Origin: Cetorhinus maximus
Lineage: Eukaryota
DNA length: 64,000 nt
Reading direction: 5' to 3'
NCBI RefSeq assembly: GCF_964194155.1
Contig: NC_135909.1
Location: 15,128,001 to 15,192,000 of the forward strand
Shown here: positions 35,481 through 48,518 of the stretch, piece after piece
Numbering within the stretch: the first letter of the stretch is position 1
Layout: every line of letters starts with the position of its first letter
Translations under genes and position numbers: made by a program
The notes under the pieces: model-generated
Told to the model about the DNA's origin: nothing
The model's input: only the letters and a program-made list of their open reading frames with translations
Databases searched by the model: none

Positions 35481-38400
35481 AAGATCAATTCAGAACATCT
35501 CAGTGAAACCGAGGCTCAAACCCACATCTGCGAACAGAAGGGAATCAGAATGTTAGCAGTTTTTACAGAGCGATATTGTTGAGCTGAATGTTCACACTGG
35601 AAGGCTGTAAAGTTCCTCATTGAAGGATGAGCCGCTGCTCCTCGAGCGAACCTTGAGCTTCATTGGAACATTGCAGGAGTCCGAGAACCGAATGATCAGG
35701 GTGAGAGCCAGGTCGCCAGTCATTTTGTTTCACCAGCTGGACTGTGTGGATGAGTTGGTTGGGCTTTCTGTTAATTTACCGCACATTCTTGGCTATCAGC
35801 TCTGATGCAGGAAAATGCCACTTCAACACTTTCTGCCAAAAGTAACCCCATCCCCACACTTAATGCCCTGAGAAACTGCCACTTGGACATGTGATGACCA
35901 GCAATTGAAGTGAGCGCTGACTAACTTCCCTGACCGTTAATTGCCCCTGAGCGTCTTTAGTAAGTCGAATAAAAGCTGACTTTCTGCAACTCCTATAACA
36001 CAGCTAAAATATGGTCAAGCAATATAAAGCTGTCACCCCCCCACCACCCCCCCCCACGGTCCCCCCACTCCCCGGCCGCACAGCCACCCTCAGCTCTGCT
36101 AGTCTGAATGTTCTTTCAGGCAAAACTTCAACTCCATGTTGAAATCAGGCTGTGAACATTTTGACCCAATTGGGCTGTGTACAAAGGGAGGTCACATGGT
36201 TTTCATGGTTCTGAATGAAAACATACCTGGAAAACTGTGTTTTCAAAAGTGGGATTTTTTTTCCTTCGAGAAGAGAAGGTCCAACTGCTTGATGTTGTCA
36301 CGGATCAGTGCTGGGGAGCGACTGTGGAACCCTGACCCCATCTCAAGGCCTGCACACCCTGACCTTTGCCTTGATCCATTGGATTTTAACGTTTGGCAAA
36401 ATTCCCCCCTTTCTAAAGAAGGGTCATAAGGACTCGAAACATTGACTCTGTATTTATTTCTCCCCACAGATGCTGTTAGTCCAGCTGATAATTTCCAGCA
36501 TTTTCTTTTTCTGTTTTTGATTTTCAAGATCCTCATCATTTTGCTTTAATTTCCCCTATTTCTCTTTTTAATATCATGGTTTTCTATTATGAGCGCGTGT
36601 AAGTAAGTGTGTGTGTGTTTGTGAGAGAGGGAGAGCGTGTGTGTGTGTATGTGTGTGTGTGTATGTGTGTGTGTGTGTGTGTATGTATGTGACTTTTTAT
36701 CTCGAAAGATTAATTCGCATAATTTCAGATCCATACTCTATGTTCATAAGCTTTACTTTTCTATTCGAAAATACCTTTTCTTATATTAAACAAACAAATT
36801 TATTGTTCTTCGAAATAATCCACTTTAAAATCTCTTTTATTTTCGGGAACAGAGGTGAAGGTTTATAATTGACCATTTTGGAAAGTCAATTGAACATTTC
36901 AACCAATGTTGTGACCTGTGGAGTAGTGGGACTAGACCAAGGGCACACTCCTCCCATCCCGCTCCTAACAGGGTGCTCACTCCGAAACTTAACTCCAACT
37001 TGCTTCGACTTTTCTTTTAAGGTCTTGGATTCGATACCTTTGTTCACAATAATATGGGGATCCGACTTCGAGTTCATTCGACATGATATTTCGATCTCCC
37101 TCTATGGTCAAACATTGGAGCAGTGGAAATATTCCGGGGACGTGGGTTCATTTTCCACCATAGGTTGCTGATGGAAATTAAACTCAATAATTAAACCTGC
37201 AATTAAACGCTAAGGTCAGTTGTGTTTCACTGATGTCTTCCCACTGATGTCTGGCCTACATATGAGTTTGATTCCTAACTGCCCGCTGAGAAAGCCATTG
37301 ATTTCAAGGACAGTTTGAGATGTATTACAGAGACTGGCCTTGCGAACGACGCTCACAACCCCTGAAATAATGTTTTAAAAGGTTGAATGCGCACCTCACT
37401 GATTGGATCTTCCATCAGCCCCTGTAATGGTCAGACGTGTTGGATAATAAAGCGCTTTGTGACGTCAGGAGAAAGATCAATTCAGAACATCTCAGTGAAA
37501 CCGAGGCTCAAACCCACAACTGCGAACAGAAGGGAAACAGAATGTTAGCAGTTTTTACAGAGCGATATTGTTGAGTTGAATGTTTACACTGGAAGGCTGT
37601 AAAGTTCCTAATTGAAGGATGAGCCACTGTTTCTCGAGCGAACCTTGAGCTTCATTGGAACATTACAGGAGTCCGAGAACCGAGTGATCAGGGTGAGAAC
37701 CAGGTCGCCAGTCATTTCGTTTCACCAGCTTGACTGTGTGGATGAGTTGTTGGACTTTCTGTTAATTTACCGCACATTCTTGGCTATCAGTTCTGTCACA
37801 AGAAAGTGCCACTTCAACACTTCCTGTCAAAAGTAACCCCATCCCAACCCTGACTGCCCTGAGAAACTGCCATTTAGACATGTGATGACCAGTAATTGAA
37901 GTGAGCGCTGCCTAACTTCCCTGACCGTTAATTCCTCCTGAGCTTCTTTGCTAAGTCGAATTAAAGCTGACTTTCTGCAACTCCTATAACACAGCTAAAA
38001 TATGGTCAAGTAATATGAATCTGTAACCTTCCCGCCTAACCTACCATCATCTGCCCCACAACACGTCCCTCCCCTCAGTGCACCCCCCCCAACTACAACC
38101 ACCCTCGCCATCCCCCTCCCCTCCACACCAATCCCCCCCACACCCCCTTCCACCCCGGCCCCACAGCCACCCCCAACTCTGCCAGTCTGAATGTTCTTTC
38201 AGACAAGCCTACAATTCCATGTTCAAATCAGGCTGTGAACAATTTGATCCAATTGGGCTGTGTACAAAGGGGGTCACATGGATTTCATGGTTCTGAAGGA
38301 AAACATGCCCGGGAGACTGTCTTTTAAAAAATGGGCTTTTTTTTTCCTTTGAGAAGAGAATGACCAACTGCTTGATGTTGTCACGGATCAGTGCTGGGGG

Positions 38401-39828
38401 AGTTACTGTGGAACAATGACCCCATCTCAAGGACTGCACACCCTGACCCTTGCCTTGATCCAATGACGTTTAATGTTTGGCAAAATTACCCCCTTTCTAG
38501 AGAAGCGTCATAAAGACTCGAAACGTTGACTCTGTATTTATTTCTCCCCACAGATGCTGTTAGACCAGCTGGTTTTCTCCAGCATTTTCTGTTTTTGTTT
38601 CTGATTTCCAACATCCCCATCATTATGCTTTAATTTCCCCTAGTTCCCTTTTTACTATCATGGTTTCCTATTATGGGTGCGTGTGTGAATGTGTGTGTGT
38701 GTGTGTTTGTGTTTGTGAGCGAGGGAGAGCGTGTTTCTGTGTGTATGTGTGTGTTGGTTCCTATGATGGTTGCGTGTGTGTATGTGTGTGTGTGTGTGTG
38801 TTTGTGAGAGAGGGAGAACGTGTGTCTGTGTGATTTCAGATCCATACTGTATGTTCATAAGCTTTACATGTCTATTCGAAAATACCTTTTTTTATAATAA
38901 ACAATTAAATGTATTGTTCATCGTAATAATCCACTTTAAAACCTCTTTTATTCTCGGGAACAGTGGTGAAGGTAAATAATTGGCCATTTTGGTGAGTGAG
39001 TTGAACATCTGAGCCAATGTTGCGACCTATGGAGTAGTGGGACTAGACCAAGGACGCACTCCTCCCATCCCTCTCGTAACAGGGTGCTCACTCAGAAACT
39101 TAGCTCCAAGTCACTGTCGACTCCTTCTGTAAAGCCGATGACATATTGGGCTTCCCACTAAACATGCAGAAAACTAAGATCCGATTCCAATATCCGTGAC
39201 TGAGGAAGACCCCCAGAAACGGCTGCACACAAAGAGCTTACTGAAAGGTCACATTATGTTGTTTCAGTGACACCTAGACGTGCCCTTGGAGCAGGTTAAG
39301 CAGCATTTTCCGTGTTTCAATGAGAAATTCTGATCTGAGTTTAAAAGGAAAGGGTAAATATTTGTAATACTCATGAGATCCGTCCGCCGCATGAGTGAGG
39401 CGAGCTCATTTCTCTACCTAATCACTGAGAGGCACAGACACAAAGAAATAATAATAAACGGGAGGGAAACAATGGATTAATTGAATTCCAATTACGGTCC
39501 CCTGGTTAACGTTAAAAAAGCACCATTGCAATGGATCAACAGACGGATTTTCAGGAATTTAAAATTCCAATGACTGATCGAGGAACCAGAAGCTGCGAAC
39601 ATATGAGCGTTGCACGGTTGTTAGCATAGTTGATATGGGTGCTGAGTTGACCAGTGCTTTTTCAAGAATGGTTAAACCGAGCTTTATTCCAGTTAGGTGG
39701 ACCAGCGGGCACAGAGCTGTCCGTGTGCGTTGGAGGAGACCCCTCCCCTCAAAAGCGGGACTGAGGCTTCCCAAAAAACCCTGGCGCAATCAGCTAGCGA
39801 CGCTCAGGGGAAAAGGCTTGCAACATGC

Positions 39829-39901
39829 TGCCGAAACCCCGGATCGGACCAGGGACCTTTAGATCTTCAGTCTAACGCTCTCCCAACTGAGCTATTTCAG
39901 C
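39829..39901 (-). pseudogene. tRNA-Phe(GAA) with T-loop/T-stem mutations
   Basis: B-box reads GGTCCGA; one T-stem mismatch. Confidence 0.85.
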
Positions 39902-39914
39902 TGGCAGAAGCGCG

Positions 39915-39982
39915 TTCTTCGAGCCAGAATTAAACCAGAGACCTAAGGATGTTAGTTTTACAGGCACCTGCAGTCCTCCGCT
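39915..39982 (-). pseudogene. tRNA-Tyr remnant with intron
   Basis: Same structure as 45162-45229; anticodon mutated to GCA. Confidence 0.7.
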
Positions 39983-41224
39983 TATATTAGAGAACATGAT
40001 CGTATAATGACAAAGGACAGCCAACATCTCGTTTCAGTTCCCTCCAGTTTTCCAGTTTTTCTTGATGAAGAGGGGGTGCAAAGCCCAACGAAGCATCAGT
40101 TCATTGCCATAAGCTCTCGGCCAATCGCTACACAGGGATTGTCCGACGAACAGCTTTCTTCATCCTTTGAGTGAATTGCTCCCTATTAAATGGCTTCGCT
40201 CTAAGTTTAAGGTTGTATACATTTGTTCTGCACTCCCTCGCCAGAGGAAATCGTTTCTCCGCATTAAAACCTATTAATCATCTCAATTACCTCAACCAGA
40301 TAGCGCCTACACTTTCCCAACACACGAGTATGTAAGCGTCACAGCGGGAGCACATCTAACTGCAGATCAGAAAAATTTGTGTGTCGCACTTGGTCATGGC
40401 TAGTTTTAAACCAAATCTGTATCTGAATTAATGGAACCCGCTTGTGATAAACACTGTCGCCTTTCACTGCAGCTGATCAGTTTCATAGAGCCACGTATGT
40501 GATTTCCTCAGTTCTGCTTTTGTACAAAGCCGGGGAAATGCAACACAGATGTTAGTCTTCAGCCAGCTCCATTCACTCCAAGTGAAATCAAGAAATGGCT
40601 GAAGGCACGGGTAACTGCAAAGGCTTTGGGCCCCGACACCAATCCTGCAGCAGTATTGAAAACCTGTGCACCAGAAATAGCCTCGCACCTCGCAAGTTGT
40701 TACAGTGCAGGTACAGGACTGGCATCTACGCGGAAATGTGTGAAATTGCTCAGGTCTGTCTTGTCCACAAAAAAACAGGAAAATCTAACCGGAAAAACCC
40801 GCCCCATCAGCCTACTCTAGTTGAATAAGAAGGTGAGGGAAAATGTCTTCCTCAGTGCGATCAAGTGACCCTTACTCAGCAATAACCCGCTCACTGAAGC
40901 TCAGTTTGTTTCCTGCCAGGGTCACTCAGCTCCTGACCTCATTGCAGCCTTGGTCCAAACATGAAGAAAACAGCTCAACTCAAGAAGTGAGGTACAAGTG
41001 ATTGCACTTGAGTTCAAAGAAGCATTTGAACTAATGGGGCATCAAGGAACCCCAGCAATACTGAAGTCATAAGAAGTAAGGCGGGAAACTCTCCACTGGT
41101 TGGAGTCGTCCCGGGGTTTCTAAAACATGCGAAAAGATTTCCAGCATGAACTGTAATTCGCTTATGATTGATGCACTTTGTGTCACAATGGAATGATTCC
41201 TTGGTTGGTTTGTGTTATGTCGTT

Positions 41225-41298
41225 AGCTTGTTTGTCGCTTTGGGTTTTCTCGTGAATTCATATGCGTCAGGTGCCGGGTTCAATTCCCGGACGAGCCC
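41225..41298 (+). pseudogene. tRNA-Pro(TGG) with insert, D-arm deleted
   Basis: Shares the deletion seen at 34130-34203. Confidence 0.65.
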
Positions 41299-41921
41299 AT
41301 CTTAATGCAGCATTTTCTTTTCGCGCTCGAGGTGGTGGCGGTTACGGAAATCAGGACCAGATTTGAACACCCGGGAAGTCATTGCAGGGAATGCATCGCT
41401 TTAACACACGTGATAAAAATGAATGTCAAGTTTAAAGAACGTTTCTACGTGCCATGAGTCTCTAAATTTATCCTAATAAATCAAATAAGGGAGCTGTCAA
41501 CTTGTGGATACACGTGGAAGGCTGATTACACTCAGTTTCAATCTTGACTGAAAGGACAAGCAGAGCTGGGAATCCCAGTGTTCCATTTTAATTTACCACA
41601 TTTTAGCTGTGTTCCGGTGCTCGCAGTGAGCTGGGAGGGGTTTCCTTTTGCTACCAAATGCTTGTATGTTGAAGTCTTTCCGCGGTGGGTTTTCACACTG
41701 TATAGAAACATGTTAGGTTAAAGTCTTGAAGCGATTCATATCAGTCGGTTTACAACAGTCCTTGATCTGATGTGATGCACATTTATTTTAATAACATAAA
41801 CTATGTTTCCATTTTTACACATCTGGCCGAATATTCAGGGCCTGTACCAAAGAGGATCATTTATTTCAACGGTTCATGGATGCAAAAAGTATAGAAGGGG
41901 GTTTAATAGACGGCAATTCGT

Positions 41922-42003
41922 GACGAGGTAGCCGAGAGGTTCAGGCGATGGACTGCTAATCTATTGTGTTTGGCACGCGTGGGTCCGAATCCCACCTTCG
42001 TCG
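41922..42003 (+). pseudogene. tRNA-Ser(GCT), mutated A/B boxes
   Basis: Aligns to 34833-34914; B-box reads GGTCCGA. Confidence 0.8.
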
Positions 42004-45000
42004 TTACTTTATCAACTGTTTCCGTCTTATTGCGGTGATTTTGCAGAAGCTCTGCCTGGAATCACTGATGTGATTCTCCAACCCAAGTTATGAGGCCAGC
42101 TTGCTTCGACTTTTCTTGTAAGATCTTGGATTCGATACTTTTGTTCACAATAACATTGGGATCCGACTTAGTGTCCTTTCGACATGTTATTTCCATCTCT
42201 CTCTCAGGGGAAACATTGGAGCAGTGGAAATATTCCGGGGACTTGGGTTCATTTCCCACCATAGTTGCTGATGGAAATTAAACTCAATAATTAAAACCTG
42301 CAATTTAACGCTAATCTCAGTGGTGGTTCACCGATGTCTTCCCTGGTCTGGCCATGGAATCAGTTTGATTCCTAACTGCCCGCTGAGAAAGCCACTGAGT
42401 TCAAGGACAGTTTGGGATGTGTAACAAAGACTGGCCTTGCGAGCGACGCTCACATCCCCTGAAATAATGTTTTAAAAGGGTGAATGCGCACCTCACTGAT
42501 TGGATCTTCCATCAGCCCCTGTAATGGACAGACGTGTTGAATAATAAAGCGCTTTGTGACGTCAAGAAAAAGATCAATTCAGAACATCTCAGTGAAACCG
42601 AGACTCAAACCCACATCTGCGAACAGAAGGGAATCAGAATGTTGGCAGTTTTTACAGAGCGATATTGTTGAGCTGAATGTTCACACTGGAAGGCTGTAAA
42701 GTTCCTCATTGAAGGATGAGCCGCTGCTCCTCGAGCGAACCTTGAGCTTCATTGGAACATTGCAGGAGTCCGAGAACCGAGTGATCAGGGTGAGAGCCAG
42801 GTCGCCAGTCATTTCGATTCACCAGCTTGACTGTGTGGATGAGTTGGTTGGACTTTCTGTTAATTTACCGCACATTCTTGGCTATCAGTTGTGTCGCAGG
42901 ATAATGCCACATCAACACTTTCTGTCAAAAGTTACCCCATCCCAACTCTTACTGCCCTGAGAAACTGTCACTTAGACATGTGATGACCAGCAATTGAAGT
43001 GAGCGCTGCCTAACTTCCCTGACCGTTAATTCCCCCTGATCTTTTTTGCTAAGTCGAATTAAAGCTGAGTTTCTGCAACTCCTATAACACAGCTAAAATA
43101 TGGTCAAGTAACATGAAGCTGTAACCCTTCCGTCCAACCCACCATCATCTGCCCCACCACACGCCCCTCCTCTCACCGCATCACCCAAATGTCACCATCC
43201 TCGCCCCCACCGCCCCCCCAGCACCACCCCCCCCCCCCACCCCTCCCCCGCCCCCCTTCCCCCGGACCCACAGCCACCCCGAACTCTGCCAATCTGAATG
43301 TTCTTTCAGACAAGCCTACATGTTAAAATCAGGCTGTGAACATTTTGACCCGATAGGGCTCTGTACACAGGGGGTCACATGGATTTCATGGTTCTGAAGG
43401 AAAACATACCTGGAAGACTGTGTTTTAAAAAGTGGGCTTTTTTTCCCTTTGAGAAGAGAAGGACCAGCTGCTTGATGTTGTCTCGGATCAGTGCTGGGGG
43501 AGTTACTGTGGAACACTGACCCCATCTCAAGGACTGCACATCCAGTCCTTTGCCTTGATCCATTGACTTTTAATTTTTGGCAAAATTGCTTCCTTTCTAA
43601 AGAAGGGTCATGAGGGCTCGAAACGTTGACTCTGTATTTACATCTCCCCACAGATGCTGTTAGACCTGCTGATTTTTTACAGCATTTTCTGTTATTGTTT
43701 CTGATTTCCAACATCCCCATCATTTTGCTTTAATTTCCGCTATTTCTCTTTTTACTATCATGNNNNNNNNNNNNNNNNNNNNNNNNNNNNNNNNNNNNNN
43801 NNNNNNNNNNNNNNNNNNNNNNNNNNNNNNNNNNNNNNNNNNNNNNNNNNNNNNNNNNNNNNNNNNNNNNNNNNNNNNNNNNNNNNNNNNNNNNNNNNNN
43901 NNNNNNNNNNNNNNNNNNNNNNNNNNNNNNNNNNNNNNNNNNNNNNNNNNNNNNNNNNNNNNNNNNNNNNNNNNNNNNNNNNNNNNNTGTGTGTGTGTAT
44001 GTGTGACTTATGGTATCTCGAAAGATTAATTCGCATAACTTCAGATCCATACTGTACGTTCATAAGCTTTACATTTCTATTCGAAAATACCTTTGTTTAT
44101 ATCAAACAGACAAATTTATTGTTTATCGAAATAAGCCATTTAAAACCGCGTTTATTCTCGGGAACAGTGGTGAAGGTAAATAATTGGCCATTGTGGTGAG
44201 TGAATTGAACATTTGAACCAATGTTGCGACCTGTGGAGTAGTGGGACTAGACCAACGGCGCAATCCTCCCATCCCGCTCGTAACAGGATGCTCACTAAGA
44301 AACTTAGCTCCAAGTCACTGTCGACTCCTTCTGTAAAGCAGTTGACATATTGGGCTTCCCACTAAACATGCAGAAAACTAAGGTCCGATTCCAATATTCG
44401 TGACTGAGGGAGACCACCAGAAACGGCTGCACACAAAGAGCTTACTGAAAGGTCAAATTATGTTGTTTCAGTGAGTCATAGAAGTGCCCTTGGAGCAGGT
44501 TAAGCAGCATTTCCTGTGTTTCAATGAGAAATTCTGATCTGAATTTAAAAGGAAAGGGTAAATATTTGTAATACTCATGAGATCCGTCCGCCGCATGACT
44601 GAGGCGAGCTCATTTCTCGACCTAATCACTGAGAGACACAGACACAAAGAAATATTAATAAACGAGAGGGAAACAATGGATTAATTGAATTCCAATTACG
44701 TTCCCCTGGTTAATGTTATAAAAACAACATTGCAATGGATCAACAGACGGATTTTCAGGAATTTAAATTCCCAATGAGTGATCGAGGAACCAGAAGCTGG
44801 GAACATATGAGAGTTGCACGGTTGTTAGCATAGTTTCATGGGAGCTGAGTTGACCAGCGCTTTTTCATATGATTTTTTCAAGAAAGGTTAAAGCGATCTT
44901 TATTCCAGTAACGTGGACCAGCGGACACAGAGCTGCCCGCGTGTTTTGGAGGAGGGCAAGTCTCCCCTACCCTCAAAAAGCTGGACTGGGTCTCCCAAAA

Positions 45001-45075
45001 ACTGTTGGCACCATCAGCTCGCGAGCAACACAGGAAAAAGCTGGAGACGCTCAGGCAAAAGGATTTGCAATTTGT

Positions 45076-45148
45076 TGCCAAAACCCGGGATTGAACCAGG
45101 GACTTTTAGATCTTCAGTGTAACGCTCTCCCAACTGAGCTATTTCGGC
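45076..45148 (-). tRNA. tRNA-Phe(GAA), 3 substitutions
   Basis: Full-length with A/B boxes intact and one anticodon-stem mismatch. Confidence 0.8.
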
Positions 45149-45161
45149 TGACAGCAAACCC

Positions 45162-45229
45162 TTCTTCGAGCCGGAATTAAACCAGAGACCTAAGGATGCT
45201 AATTTTACAGGCACCTACAGTCCTCCGCT
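45162..45229 (-). pseudogene. tRNA-Tyr(GTA) with a 17-nt intron, 5' half dead
   Basis: Minus strand: AGCGGAGGACTGTAG[gtgcctgtaaaattagc]ATCCTTAGGTCTCTGGTTTAATTCCGGCTCGAAGAA; further copies at ~49557-49624, 54619-54686 and 59698-59763. Confidence 0.8.
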
Positions 45230-46149
45230 TACATTAGAGAACATGATCGCACAATGACAAAGGACAGCCAACATCTCGTTTCAGTTTCCTCCAGTTTTCC
45301 AGTTTTTCTTGACAAAGAGTGGGTGCAAAGCCCAACGAAGCATCAGTTCATTGCCATAATCTCTCGGCCAATCGCTACACAGGGATTGTCCGACAAACAG
45401 CTTTCTTCATCCTTTGAATGAATTATTCCGTGACGTCACTATTAAATGGCTTCACTCTAAGTTTAAGGTAATATCCATTTGTTCTGCACTTCCCCGCCAG
45501 AGAAAATCGTTTCTCCGCATTTAAACCTATTAATCATTTCAATTACCTCAACCAGATAGCGCCTACTGCTTCTCAACTCACGAGTATATAAGCGTCACAG
45601 CGGGAGCACATCTAACTGCAGATCAGAAAAATGTGTGTGCCGCACTTGGCCATGGCTACTTTTGCACCAAATCTGTGTTGGAATTAATGGAACCCGCTTG
45701 TGATAAACACTGTCACCTTTCACTGTTTAGCTGATGAGTTTCACAGAGCCACGTATGTGATTCCCTCAGTTCCGCTTTTGCACGAAGTTGGGGAAATGCA
45801 TCACAGCTGTCTTCAGCCAGCTCCATTCACTCCAAGTGAAATCAAGAAATGGCTGAAGACACGGGTAACTGCAAAGGCTGTGGGCCCTGACACCATTCCT
45901 GCAGCAGCACTGAAAACCTGTGCTCCAGAAATAGACTCGCCCCACGCCAAGTTGTTCCATTACAGCTACAGGACTGGCATTTACCCGGCCATGTGGGAAA
46001 TTGCTCAGGTCTGTCTTGTCCACAAAAAAAACAGGAAAATCCATGTGAAGTGTACTCCAGAGTCCATAAGTGAAATGGTGTTGCCCTTGGCTCTGCTGCA
46101 GAACCAAACAGTCATCAGAACAGATGACAAAAGGCCCTCTAACCAGGCC

Positions 46150-46809
46150 GTGAATCATCAGCGGTCAACTCCTTTCCCTCCCCATCCAGGGATTTTCCAG
46201 TGACACACTGCGACAGGCTGGCCAACACTTTCAGTAAACTGCTGACACTGTCAGCAACCGGCAATGGAGCCTTGCTGAGGCGGTGCGGATACATAGAAGC
46301 ATGACTCAAATTCTTCTCACTCAATATAATGGACCCCAGCAGCGAGGTGATATTGATAATTGCTGCCTTGTTACAGCTCATCCCTACCAAATCCGGGGCC
46401 TGTTCTGCCACCTTCAGACTGGGTAGAAAAGGCTTGCTCACCAATAGGTGGCCAATCACATTTGTTAATTCGCCATCTTGTCCTCAGCAATGAGGGTTTC
46501 TAGATTTGCATAAGAGTTTATTCCAGCATTGTTGATGAGTGAGTTCAGTCCAGTTGTGCCCAGGCTTGCTTGCACTGCCTCCACCGCTTTTTGGATGCTG
46601 GCTGAATCTGTAACATCCAGCTCTATCACCTTCACTGCACGTTGTTCATCTGCTAACTTCTGCAGCTCCTGGACTGGGCTCGACTGCCAATAGGCTGCAA
46701 AGATCTGAGCCGGTGGACATCCGGAGCTGCTCAGCTGTTTAACGAGTTCCAGCCCGATCTCCTTGTTCGCCCCGGTAATTAGAACAGCCTCAGCCTTCAG
46801 TTCTGTCAT
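46150..46809 (-). pseudogene. Processed pseudogene of a C-factor (CsgA/sniffer-like) short-chain dehydrogenase
   Basis: VLITGANKEIGLELVKQL, LDVTD, LINNAGI, TNVIG.LLVSK.FLP.L, AAIINITSLLGSI, HRLSKA. It is intronless, has a frameshift at ~46465, and lacks the HPGWV.TDMG segment. Confidence 0.88.
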
Positions 46810-48479
46810 GATCAGCCTGAACCAGGTGGCGACAGCGCCGCTAAACCCGCGTTAACTCGGGCCGAGAATAGTCATTAAGGCTGAGATCTGCTAACCACCA
46901 AAAAAGGGGGAGGTTCTCCCTCCGACAGGGATAGTCAGCGATTTTCCGCACCCCTCGGGACTTCGCACCGCTGTCAGGAGGCCAAGGGACAAGATACCCC
47001 GACCCTTTCGAACGGTGAAGAGAAAGTCAATTTCCATCTATCAAGAGCCCGGCATCCCTCAAGGGCGGTCCGGCGGGCGGAAGCTGGTGTCCCTTCCTGA
47101 TACTAGAGACTGTTCAGCAGCGGAATCGCCGGTGATGAGGACAAGTAGTCGCTTCGCGGGAACCTAGAGACCTTTCCCCGTTTGTCCGATCCCCAAAGTG
47201 TTGGGTAAGGACTTACGGAGGCGGCCTCCTCCCAGGTGTGTGAGTGGATATCATATGTGACATTGACGTTGTGTTTGTTCTTGTTGTTCATTGAACACTG
47301 TTGTGTGTTTAACGAATAACATATCACGTTCAAATGATGACATGAGGGTAAACGTCTCCAGACATTCGAGCAGCGATCCTGAACCAGCTCCGTTCTTTGT
47401 GGTGTGAATTTCTTGCTTGACTGATCCCGCGGAACGGGGCATTGCAGGAATTCCTACCTTGAAAAAGTGCTGCTCTTCTCTCCGACAGGATTTCCGCTTG
47501 TCCCTTTTGCCTTTTTCACCCTAATTGCTTTCTATTTCCCTCCTAATGATTGCAGTGTATATTTCACCACATTTCTACTTCCCTTTAGCTCAGAAGAAGT
47601 CACCCGGACCCAAAACGTTAACTCTGTCTTTCTCTCCACAGATGTTTTCAGACCTGCTGAGTTTTTCCAGCATTTTTTTGCTTTTGTGCCGTGGAACTAA
47701 TGGTTATATTCGTACAAGATTATGTCCTGGTCCTCCACATAGCCCTCCCATTTGGCTGTGTTCCATCCTGGACGTCGTATCTCACGTCGCCAAAGGACAT
47801 GAAGGCTCGGACTGGGCACTCACGTGAGTGTTTCAAATCGCACTGAGTGATAATGAGTTAATCAGACACAAACACGCACACACACCAGCCGGAGATACTG
47901 TATGAGGAGAGTCAGAAATTCGCTTACAATGCCAGAGACTGACAAATACACAATGAATGTCACACTGATTCACAGCACCAGAAGCTGTGAGAACAAATCA
48001 CTTGTACACGCAGTTCCACTGACAGACTCAGAAAGTGACCCAATCCTCATATAGTATCGGAAAATGCAAGGTACAGACTGAAATGGCACAGGTATATTGT
48101 ACCAGCGAATGGCAGGTACAGAATGACTCCAAAACTTACTTACATTATCAGAAGCGGGCAGAGAGAGCAAGATCCTTCTACACGTCCAGTTCCACTGACA
48201 GGTTAAGAATGTGACCCAGTTGTCTCAGAGTCAGAAAATGAGAGATAGAGATGAGAAATATCACAGACGCACTGTACCAGAGAACTAGCAATGCAAAATA
48301 AATCCAACTGTCACGGACAGGTCCACTCGAAACTTTGACTCTGTTTTTTTTCTCCCCACAGATGCTGTTAGACCTGCTGATTTTTTCCAGCATTCTCTAT
48401 TTTTGTTTCAGATTTCCAGCATCCGCAATATTTTGCTCTAATTTCCCCTGTTTATCTTTTTTATGACATGGTTTTCGAT

Positions 48480-48518
<39 letters not shown>

